NCBI GenBank assembly: GCA_038064415.1
Contig: JBBTTD010000003.1
Location: 2,597-66,596 of the forward strand
Origin: Patescibacteria group bacterium
GTDB lineage: Bacteria; Patescibacteriota; Minisyncoccia; Phycocordibacterales; PALSA-1337
Direction: 5' to 3'
DNA length: 64,000 bases
The notes below the pieces were generated by a model. It was not told where the DNA came from and searched no databases. It saw nothing but the letters and a program-made list of their open reading frames with translations. The translations under genes were made by a program, and so were the position numbers. The stretch's first letter is position 1, and every line of letters begins with the position of its first letter. Shown one piece after another: positions 18,009-26,023 of the stretch.

Positions 18009-19283
18009 ATGTATCAAAAGCATTTTAGAAGCGGAAGTAAGACTAGTACTAGTCGTCCATTTAACTATAGAAAACCAGCAGGACACGGCTCTTCAGGAGC
18101 TCGTGGTGGTTTTCATGGTAAACCGGCACATAGGGGTGGTCGCGGAGGTCGTGGTGGACGAGGTCCAGGAGGCGGATTTTCCAGGCACATTGATGTTTCA
18201 AAGTTTATCAACAAAGCAGTCATTACCGAAAAGACTGAACACTTCGTTCCCGACCACAGCTTCACTGATTTTCAGATTGATAATCGTCTGAAGACGAATG
18301 TTGCTACTAAAGGTTATTTTGTCCCTACGCCGATTCAAGATAAAACTATCCCACATATTATTCGCGGAGCGGATCTAGTAGGGATTGCCAATACGGGCAC
18401 AGGTAAAACCGCGGCTTTTTTGATTCCTCTAATCAATAAAATTTTAATTAGTTCACGCGAAAAAGTCTTAATTATTGTTCCGACTCGTGAATTGGCTCAA
18501 CAGATTGAACAAGAGTTCATGGCTTTTTCAAAACATCTCAACCTTTGGGCAGTCTGTTGTGTTGGTGGCGCGAGCATCGTGCCGCAAATGAAAGCACTTG
18601 GTCGTCCATACAATTTTTTGATTGGCACACCAGGTCGTTTGCGCGACCTGATTGAACGCAACAAGATTCGTTTAAGTGAGTATGCGACGGTAGTTCTTGA
18701 CGAAGCAGACCGCATGCTTGACATGGGATTTATTGCCGATGTTAAATTCATGGTTTCTCAAATGGCCAAACAGCGCCACACGCTTTTCTTTTCCGCCACA
18801 ATGTCTCGCGAAATTGAAGGACTGATAAAACAATTTCTGACTGATCCTGTGATGATTTCGGTCAAGACCGGCGACACCGCACAATTGGTTGATCAAGATG
18901 TGGTGCGTGTTCCCGTCGGTAAAAATAAGCTTGATGTCCTTCAAGATTTGTTAAATCAGTCCGGTTTTACTAAAGTGCTAATTTTCGGAAAAACTAAACA
19001 TGGTGTCCAAAGATTGACAGAAGATCTAAATAAGCGCGGTTTTTTGGCTGAAGCCATTCATGGCAATAAGAATCAAGGTCAACGCATGCGCGCCCTCAAA
19101 TCATTCAAGGATCATCGCGTAAAAGTTTTGGTTGCCACTGATGTGGCGGCTCGCGGTCTTGATATTTCCGGGATAACTCATGTTATTAATTTTGATATTC
19201 CCGCGACTTATGATGACTATATTCATCGTATCGGCAGAACGGGACGAGCGGGCAAAAAAGGGCAAGCCCTGACTTTTGTGTAG
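18009..19283 (+). CDS. DEAD-box ATP-dependent RNA helicase with N-terminal Arg/Gly-rich (RGG) region
   Basis: Q-motif FVPTPIQ, Walker A ANTGTGKT, DEAD, SAT, HRIGRTGRAG; N-terminal RGGFHGKPAHRGGRGGRGGRGPGGG. Confidence 0.8.
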   Translation: MYQKHFRSGSKTSTSRPFNYRKPAGHGSSGARGGFHGKPAHRGGRGGRGGRGPGGGFSRHIDVSKFINKAVITEKTEHFVPDHSFTDFQIDNRLKTNVATKGYFVPTPIQDKTIPHIIRGADLVGIANTGTGKTAAFLIPLINKILISSREKVLIIVPTRELAQQIEQEFMAFSKHLNLWAVCCVGGASIVPQMKALGRPYNFLIGTPGRLRDLIERNKIRLSEYATVVLDEADRMLDMGFIADVKFMVSQMAKQRHTLFFSATMSREIEGLIKQFLTDPVMISVKTGDTAQLVDQDVVRVPVGKNKLDVLQDLLNQSGFTKVLIFGKTKHGVQRLTEDLNKRGFLAEAIHGNKNQGQRMRALKSFKDHRVKVLVATDVAARGLDISGITHVINFDIPATYDDYIHRIGRTGRAGKKGQALTFV

Positions 19284-19321
19284 ATGACACAAATTACACG
19301 AATTCTCTGACTAACATTTAG

Positions 19322-19427
19322 AAACTCAGTCATGTGAATTTTTAATGAGTTATGTTACTTCGCCACATTATTTTTGTTGAGGACTCTGTATAACTCATTA
19401 AAAATTCATATGACTGAGTTTTTTTAG
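19322..19427 (+). terminator. Long hairpin terminator (32-bp arms, 1 mismatch, 36-nt loop) followed by T-run
   Basis: AAACTCAGTCATGTGAATTTTTAATGAGTTAT ... ATAACTCATTAAAAATTCATATGACTGAGTTT then TTTTTT. Confidence 0.45.
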
Positions 19428-19483
19428 GTATGATTATTCGTATTTCAAATAAATAGACACCCGCCGACTTGGTGGGTGTCTTG

Positions 19484-19882
19484 CTAATTCAACTGCTCTT
19501 TACCCGTGACATAATTGTCTATCACTTCGCAGGCACTTTCAAATTCCTCCGATACAACAGCGCGACCTAATGATCTTGACAGATCAAATCCAATAAGGCG
19601 ACTGTCAACGGTATTTGGCATTGAATTCGTTCCAGCACTTTTGCGCACCTCATATTTCTCATTGGCGATCAGGACCGTTGAGATGATCACGAATTTGTAG
19701 TAGAGCAGACGAAAGTCTGGATCGGAATTGTGGCGACATATTAAATCACTTTGTTGCCAAGATACCCACGCGCAGTTTGGCTGGCCAATCCACTCCAGGT
19801 ATTCTTTGCGTTTGTTTTCCAACTTTATTTTGAGCTCCCTGGGTATCGGGAGCAGGAACTCTCGATTTTTCAGGTCACTCAT
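19484..19882 (-). CDS. Hypothetical protein
   Basis: ORF track; followed on minus strand by hairpin GACACCCACCAAGTCGGCGGGTGTC + T-rich tract. Confidence 0.3.
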   Translation of the reverse strand: MSDLKNREFLLPIPRELKIKLENKRKEYLEWIGQPNCAWVSWQQSDLICRHNSDPDFRLLYYKFVIISTVLIANEKYEVRKSAGTNSMPNTVDSRLIGFDLSRSLGRAVVSEEFESACEVIDNYVTGKEQLN

Positions 19883-20006
19883 AATTTTGTTTGGTTTCCG
19901 TTCGTTTCTGCTATAAGACTATTCTATTTAGGACTTTTGTCAATTGGATGAACCTGAATTCTATTTGAATTGAATATAATGTTATAAGTATGGTATTATT
20001 GTAATC

Positions 20007-20405
20007 ATGAAAAATGAAAACAGGTGGAAACAACGGTTTGCCAATTTTGAGAAGGCATATACTTTCTTTAAGAGATTTTTAGATTCAGATACAGCTAGTA
20101 ATGAGTTATTAAGAGCTGGGCTCATTCAGGCATTTGAATTTACCTTTGAGTTGGCATGGAAGACGATGAAAGATAAGCTTGAGTATGGAGGTATAGAGGT
20201 TAAATTACCTCGAGATGTTATTCAGGAAGCATTTCATGCCGGTTATATAACCGATGATGCGGCTTGGATAGACGCGCTACAAAAACGAAATGAAATGTCG
20301 CATTTGTATAATGAACAAATGACTAAAAAAACTGAAGAACTGATCAGGAAATCATTTGCCCCTATCCTAGAATTATTTTATGTTTATTTTAAAAAATCTC
20401 TATGA
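20007..20405 (+). CDS. HEPN-domain nucleotidyltransferase substrate-binding protein (HI0074 family) - toxin-like partner of HEPN/MNT pair
   Basis: Full-length similarity to HI0074/TIGR01987 pattern (FEKAYTFFKRFL...IQAFEFTFELAWKTMKDKLEY...RNEMSHLY). Confidence 0.65.
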   Translation: MKNENRWKQRFANFEKAYTFFKRFLDSDTASNELLRAGLIQAFEFTFELAWKTMKDKLEYGGIEVKLPRDVIQEAFHAGYITDDAAWIDALQKRNEMSHLYNEQMTKKTEELIRKSFAPILELFYVYFKKSL

Positions 20406-20704
20406 ACTTTGGATTAAGCAAAGAAAATTTAGATTTTATTGTCCAAGCAATTGGGAATTATGCTGATGTTAACGAAGCCTTAATCTTTGGTTCACGGGCA
20501 ATGGGAAATTTCAGACTAACATCAGACATCGATATTGCTTTAAAAGGTAATCTCACCGACCGGACAGTTGGTAGTCTTTCAAATTTTCTCAATAATGCTT
20601 CCCCCTTCGCTTACAAAGTTGATGTGCTGGATTATGATAAGATATCAAATATTGAGTTGAAGAAGCATATTGATCAATATGGCAAGGTGATATTTGAAAG
20701 ATAG
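20402..20704 (+). CDS. Minimal nucleotidyltransferase (MNT, HI0073-like) - antitoxin-like partner
   Basis: LIFGSRAMGNFRLTSDIDIAL = GS...DxD pol-beta NTase motif; 4-bp overlap (ATGA) with upstream HEPN gene. Confidence 0.65.
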   Translation: MNFGLSKENLDFIVQAIGNYADVNEALIFGSRAMGNFRLTSDIDIALKGNLTDRTVGSLSNFLNNASPFAYKVDVLDYDKISNIELKKHIDQYGKVIFER

Positions 20705-20863
20705 ATTTTAGATCTAATCAAAACCATTGCGTTCTACCCCCCCATGCGATAATTGAATCATAAGATGATGGCATTATCTTTATTATTTATAATTTTATTT
20801 ATAATATGAAAACATCTATATTTTCGGTTATTCTATCATTGACAGTATTTTCTTTGGTGGTTT

Positions 20864-22894
20864 TTGTGGTTGCGCCGAGTAGCGTCGGAGCACAGTATAG
20901 ATGCTTATACTAAAACTAATTCACAGTCATGTTATACATTTTCCACTAATCTTCAACTTGGTTCTCGTGGCGTGGATGTTGTTGCTTTACAGACATTCTT
21001 GATCTTGAAAGGTTTCTCGATTAGTAATCTCTTCGCAAGTAATGATACTCAAAAAGGATATTTTGGCTTTGCTACATTTCAAGCACTCAAGAAGTATCAA
21101 AAGAATGCTGGTATTGAAGCCACTGGATTTTTTGGCCCAATAACTAGAATGAAAATAAATAGTGAGTGTTCTGTGCCGACAGGCAATGTCAACTCCTACT
21201 CAAATACCTTAAAATCCAAAGATTCATTGGTCACATCTACACCAAAAGCGAGCTCAAATATCCCCGCGCAGGACACTCTAAAGCTTTTTTTGGATAATTT
21301 GTCAAAAAAACAAGAGAAAGAAATGGATGATTATAGAATTGAATATAAAAAAAGAATTAATGCCAACTTCAAACAAATAAATAAAATTGATAATTTTTCA
21401 CTTACCGCACAAGTTGCAAGTGCAGAACTTCAACCTGTAGCCTATATAAAACAGAACAAATTTACAGAGACGAAAAAAATCAAGTTTACTTATTCATTTG
21501 TGCCCTGTTTAATCTCCGGTCACGATGATGATTGTGAGAAAACCGCCGAGAATACTACTAGTTCATATTTAAAAAGTATACAAGATATAATTATTTCATC
21601 GCTAAATATCGATGAAATAATTACAACCCATTGGTCTCTTGGTTGTGAAGGAGATAGATATCAGTCGTGGACATATGATAGTTCCCAATCACCAAAAGGA
21701 GGAGATTACACTCTTAATGAATGTGATGCAACTGGGGTATTATTCCCTGCCACAAATTTTGGCAGAAAAATAAGTATTACACCTAACTATTCCCAGTCTG
21801 TACTTCCACAGCAGTTGATAGGTGGTATTAAATATTATACTGATGTCATACATCAATCTGGTAGTACTGAAGAAACAACACATTCAGAAATTACAGTAAA
21901 TGATGATAGTGGGGTTGTGTTTAGATATAATGGTGCAAAATCTTCTGAGAATAGCAATCTTGGTTGGGCATATACCATTAGAGTTTTAGCTGATCGTATT
22001 TTTGTAAAAAACTATACGAATGGTTACCCAAACTTTTATTCGGAACCAATACCTTGTACAAAAATTGGAATTGGTTTTGCGACAACTACTAGTAGTGCAT
22101 GTGTCTTTAGGTGGATTGGCCAAGTACCTTCACTTTCGGAGATAGATATAACACCTATGGCTAGAGATATTCCTTTTTATCAATATCGTGTAGAAATTGT
22201 TGGAGGGCCATATGATCTATTTGAGAATATAGGGCCAACAATTTCACCTCCACCCCCACCTTCAGCTTCACGAGATCAATACCTTGCTCAAATTTCATCA
22301 GCTTTTGCTAATAGTATTGTGTATGGTGCGACACCGAGTTCACAAGTTTCTATTTTTGGAACAGGATTTACTAGTACCGATAACTGGATTAGGATTGGTA
22401 ACAGTGACATAGGTCACATTATATCTGGAGTATCAAGTGCAGATGGTACAAGTATTACATTTACTTTACCTGATATAGATGTCTTACCAATCGGAACATA
22501 TAGTCTTGATGTTGCTGGTTATAATACTCCTTGGAGTGATCCTGTGCAATTTAATATTCTTTCTACAGTCCCACCCCAAATCTCCTCTTTCAGTGTTTCT
22601 TCTTTATCAATCAATTCAGGACGACCAGTTGACTTTTCTTGGAAAACAACACCAGCGGCAGTTTCCGCCTGTACTCTTACAGGTGATGGACCAGTTCCTA
22701 AATCAGTTCCAATTTCCACCAATTATTATGAAACCCAGCCCATCACAACTACAACCACATTTACTCTGACTTGTATGGGAACAAACGGTCAAACAGTCTC
22801 AAAATCTATAACGGTGACTGTTAATTCAATTTCATTCCTGCAAAGTTTTCTTGCTTCAGTGAATGGCGCGATACAATTTCTTTTTAGAAAATAA
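20864..22894 (+). CDS. Large surface protein with N-terminal peptidoglycan-binding (PG_binding_1) domain and C-terminal Ig-like modules; N-terminus apparently frameshifted from its signal peptide (20806..20913)
   Basis: LQLGSRGVDVVALQTFL...GYFGFATFQALKKYQKNAGIEATGFFGPITR = PG-binding motif; ORF has no in-frame ATG (opens at 20843); a signal-peptide ORF MKTSIFSVILSLTVFSLVVFVVAPSSVGA lies in the -1-shifted frame immediately upstream. Confidence 0.5.
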   Translation: MWLRRVASEHSIDAYTKTNSQSCYTFSTNLQLGSRGVDVVALQTFLILKGFSISNLFASNDTQKGYFGFATFQALKKYQKNAGIEATGFFGPITRMKINSECSVPTGNVNSYSNTLKSKDSLVTSTPKASSNIPAQDTLKLFLDNLSKKQEKEMDDYRIEYKKRINANFKQINKIDNFSLTAQVASAELQPVAYIKQNKFTETKKIKFTYSFVPCLISGHDDDCEKTAENTTSSYLKSIQDIIISSLNIDEIITTHWSLGCEGDRYQSWTYDSSQSPKGGDYTLNECDATGVLFPATNFGRKISITPNYSQSVLPQQLIGGIKYYTDVIHQSGSTEETTHSEITVNDDSGVVFRYNGAKSSENSNLGWAYTIRVLADRIFVKNYTNGYPNFYSEPIPCTKIGIGFATTTSSACVFRWIGQVPSLSEIDITPMARDIPFYQYRVEIVGGPYDLFENIGPTISPPPPPSASRDQYLAQISSAFANSIVYGATPSSQVSIFGTGFTSTDNWIRIGNSDIGHIISGVSSADGTSITFTLPDIDVLPIGTYSLDVAGYNTPWSDPVQFNILSTVPPQISSFSVSSLSINSGRPVDFSWKTTPAAVSACTLTGDGPVPKSVPISTNYYETQPITTTTTFTLTCMGTNGQTVSKSITVTVNSISFLQSFLASVNGAIQFLFRK

Positions 22895-22956
22895 CAGTTT
22901 AACTAAAGTCGCCTCAGTAACCGGTGAATAGTATTTTCTCGTGTTATAATTACCCC

Positions 22957-24585
22957 ATGTTAAATGTTCAAGAATTGACCAAGTTGCTTGAAGGTGATGT
23001 TGATAATACGGCGAAATCTCTGGAAAACGCTTCTCATGACGCCAGCATTTTTGAAATCAAACCAGAAGTGATTGTCAGACCAAAAAATGTTGAAGATATT
23101 AAGAAGTTGGTTAAATATGCTTTGGATCACAAAGGCGTAAGTCTAACCGCGCGCGCGGCTGGCACTGACATGTCCGGTGGTCCACTTACCGAATCCGTCG
23201 CAGTTGATTTTCTGAAGTATTTTAACCACATCAAAAAAGTTTCCGATGGGTACGCGATTGCCGAACCAGGAGTCTATTATCGTGATTTTGATAAAGCTAC
23301 AGTTGAAAAAGGCCAAATTATGCCGAGTTATCCCGCGTCGCGCGAGATCTGCACGGTTGGCGGGATGGTCGCCAACAATGCCGGCGGAGAGAAAACCTTG
23401 GTTTATGGAAAGATAGAAAAGTATATTCGGCGCTTGAAAATGGTCTGTGCCGATGGCAAAGAACACGAGTTTAGACCCCTTACTTTTTCTGAATTGGAAC
23501 AGCACAAGAAGTTCCCAACCTTTGAAAGTGAAATTTATCGTCAAGTACACGATTTAATTGTTGAAAACGAGACAATCATAAATGCCGCCAAGCCAAAAGT
23601 CACCAAAAATTCTTGTGGTTATTATTTATGGAATGTTCTTGACAGAAAGAATGAGATATTTGATCTGACAAAATTGATTGTTGGTTCGCAGGGAACACTC
23701 GGACTCATCACGGAAATAGAGCTTGCTCTGGTTAGGCCCAAAAAACACTCGCGTTTGTTAGTCGTGTTTTTGAAAGATTTGAAACTGCTTGCTCCTACCG
23801 CGACTAACATAATGTCGTTTAAGCCCGAAAGTTTTGAATCATATGATGACCACACATTTCGCGTGGCTGTTAAGTTCTTGCCCGCATTGATAAAACAGCT
23901 TAAAGGAAATATTTTCACGCTCGGCTATAAGTTTCTGCCGGAAGTTTTGGCAGTTCTACGAGGTGGTGTTCCAAAAATGGTTTTGATGGCGGAGTTTACG
24001 GCTGACACTCCAGAAGAAGCTCTATCAAAAGCGGAAAAAGCGCAAGCTTCTCTCAAAGAATTCCATGAACAATCAAAGGTTACGAAATCCGTTGAAGATG
24101 AAAATAAATATTGGGTCATTCGTCGGGAAAGTTTCAATATGTTACATCACCATGTCCATGGATTGCGCACTGCTCCATTCATTGATGACTTCGCCGTATC
24201 AGCGGAGAAGCTTACTGAATTTTTGCCAAGACTCTACGAGATTCTTGACCAATACAATCTAACCTATACGATTGCTGGTCATGTCGGCGATGGCAATTTT
24301 CATATTATTCCTCTAATGAATCTTCATGAAACTCATTCTCATGAAATCATCAAGGAGTTGTCAATTAAAGTTTACGCTTTAGTCCACGAATTTTGCGGTA
24401 CTATTACCGCCGAACACAATGATGGGATTATCCGTTCTCCATTTGTGAAAATGCAGTATGGTGAAGAAGTGTACAAATTATTTGAGCAAGTCAAAAAGAT
24501 TTGGGATCCCAAAGGAATTTTCAATCCCGGTAAAAAGGTTGGGGCAAGTTGGGAATACGCGGTTAGGCATATTGTTAGATCATGA
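22957..24585 (+). CDS. FAD-binding oxidoreductase (GlcD/D-lactate dehydrogenase-like, FAD_binding_4 + FAD-oxidase_C)
   Basis: TARAAGTDMSGGPL FAD-binding region; C-terminal EHNDGIIRSPF...WDPKGIFNPGK; start may be 22924 or (leaderless) 22957. Confidence 0.7.
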   Translation: MLNVQELTKLLEGDVDNTAKSLENASHDASIFEIKPEVIVRPKNVEDIKKLVKYALDHKGVSLTARAAGTDMSGGPLTESVAVDFLKYFNHIKKVSDGYAIAEPGVYYRDFDKATVEKGQIMPSYPASREICTVGGMVANNAGGEKTLVYGKIEKYIRRLKMVCADGKEHEFRPLTFSELEQHKKFPTFESEIYRQVHDLIVENETIINAAKPKVTKNSCGYYLWNVLDRKNEIFDLTKLIVGSQGTLGLITEIELALVRPKKHSRLLVVFLKDLKLLAPTATNIMSFKPESFESYDDHTFRVAVKFLPALIKQLKGNIFTLGYKFLPEVLAVLRGGVPKMVLMAEFTADTPEEALSKAEKAQASLKEFHEQSKVTKSVEDENKYWVIRRESFNMLHHHVHGLRTAPFIDDFAVSAEKLTEFLPRLYEILDQYNLTYTIAGHVGDGNFHIIPLMNLHETHSHEIIKELSIKVYALVHEFCGTITAEHNDGIIRSPFVKMQYGEEVYKLFEQVKKIWDPKGIFNPGKKVGASWEYAVRHIVRS

Positions 24586-24615
24586 CGCAGGGTAGACCTA
24601 CGTACTGCGCAAATT

Positions 24616-24825
24616 TTACTCATATCTCAAAGCTTCTATTGGGTTTAATCTTGAAGCTCTTCTAGCGGGATAATATCCAAAAGATATACCAATCAGAGCG
24701 GAAACTCCGAAAGCTAGCGCTACAGAAGTGAATGATACTTGCGTTTGAAGAATTCCGAGCGAAGTTACAGTGGCGGCAATGGCCCAGCCAAGAGCTACTC
24801 CAATTGCGCCACCGATGACCGTCAA
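24616..24825 (-). pseudogene. Remnant: C-terminal last TM helix of an FtsX/MacB/LolE-type ABC permease (69 aa only)
   Basis: Ends with hallmark FtsX-family C-terminus GYYPARRASRLNPIEALRYE; no upstream remainder of the ~400-aa protein. Confidence 0.5.
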
Positions 24826-24884
24826 AGCAACGGCTTCAGACAGAAATTGAATAAATGGTGATCATAAGGTATAATTGAATCAAT

Positions 24885-24998
24885 ATGGCAAAAAGAGCAT
24901 CAGTCCAAAAGAAAACTTCACGATCGCGCAAGACCAAGAAGCGTTTAGCTACAAAACATGCGCGATTGGCGGCACAGCGAGCAAAACATCACAAATAG
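24885..24998 (+). CDS. Possible 37-aa highly basic small protein (MAKRASVQKKTSRSRKTKKRLATKHARLAAQRAKHHK)
   Basis: Not in ORF track (<60 aa); Lys/Arg-rich composition reminiscent of small ribosomal proteins; weak. Confidence 0.25.
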   Translation: MAKRASVQKKTSRSRKTKKRLATKHARLAAQRAKHHK

Positions 24999-25056
24999 TA
25001 GTTGGTTAATAGTTATTGGTTAATGGTCGGTGTGGTTTACGATTATTATTAACTAA

Positions 25057-25224
25057 TTACCAATTACTTAATTTAAATCCTCCCCAAATACCGAGGAGGC
25101 CACCTATTGTGCTACCAATAATTCCAGAGAATGAAAAACTGCCCGCACCCCAAAGTGTCGGTATCCAACCACCGACAAAAGAACCTATAAAAACTCCGAT
25201 CCAGATGAGTGATTTTGTGTTCAT
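25057..25224 (-). CDS. GlsB/YeaQ/YmgE-family small membrane protein (transglycosylase-associated protein family), 55 aa
   Basis: Own translation of minus strand: MNTKSLIWIGVFIGSFVGGWIPTLWGAGSFSFSGIIGSTIGGLLGIWGGFKLSNW - two Gly-zipper TM helices. Confidence 0.5.
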   Translation of the reverse strand: MNTKSLIWIGVFIGSFVGGWIPTLWGAGSFSFSGIIGSTIGGLLGIWGGFKLSNW

Positions 25225-25251
25225 TGATAACTATTATACAATATTCATAAC

Positions 25252-25647
25252 ATGTCCCCAACTTACTCTTGGTACTCACAACTAATTAAACCATCGTTCG
25301 CTCCACCATCATGGATTTTTGGTCCAGTTTGGAGTGTACTTTATATAATTATTGCGGTAACTTTTATTCGGGTTTTTTATTTATCGGCTACAAAAGTTAT
25401 CCCAGGAATCATAGTTATTCCTTTCATCCTCAATTTAATCTTTAACTTCTCATTCACGCCACTGCAATTTGGTTTACAAAATAATTATCTAGCCGCAATT
25501 GATATTTTACTTGTGCTTGGGACACTCATTTGGGCGATTATAGCTATTTGGCCATACTCCCGAAAATTAGCTTACGCGCAAATTCCATACCTTTTATGGG
25601 TAACTTTTGCCACCGTTTTACAACTTACTATTACTTGGATGAATTGA
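25252..25647 (+). CDS. TspO/MBR-family (tryptophan-rich sensory protein) membrane protein, N-terminally short
   Basis: WYSQLIKPSFAPPSWIFGPVWSVLY matches TspO signature WYxxLxKPxWxPPxxxFxxVWxxLY; C-terminal PYLLWVTFATVL; in-frame stop at 25228 shows no upstream extension. Confidence 0.55.
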   Translation: MSPTYSWYSQLIKPSFAPPSWIFGPVWSVLYIIIAVTFIRVFYLSATKVIPGIIVIPFILNLIFNFSFTPLQFGLQNNYLAAIDILLVLGTLIWAIIAIWPYSRKLAYAQIPYLLWVTFATVLQLTITWMN

Positions 25648-25739
25648 ATATTAAATTATTATTTAATTTTTATCTTTAAAAATTACAAACAAAAAGCGCA
25701 ACATGTTTTAATGCTACGCTTTGATTGAGTCTTGTATAG

Positions 25740-25982
25740 CTAAAGAAAGATAGACAGTCCTTTGGATATTACGACTGCACAGAAGTGTGATGACACAACT
25801 GGTAATGAACAAATGATCATTAAAACTCCCAGTGCAGACACACCTTGAGATTTTTCCATTCTCCATTTTGTTGCATTATCGAATGCTTTACCTATCAAAT
25901 ACAATCCGAAGAAAAACATTATCCATACTGTCAAAATAACATAATTCATAAAGAGCCTTTCTGTTTCGCGGTTTAAATACAA
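25740..25982 (-). CDS. Small 2-TM hypothetical membrane protein
   Basis: ORF track only. Confidence 0.25.
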   Translation of the reverse strand: MYLNRETERLFMNYVILTVWIMFFFGLYLIGKAFDNATKWRMEKSQGVSALGVLMIICSLPVVSSHFCAVVISKGLSIFL

Positions 25983-26023
25983 TATACTCCTTATTATTTA
26001 AATTGCAAGTATAGATGGGATCA

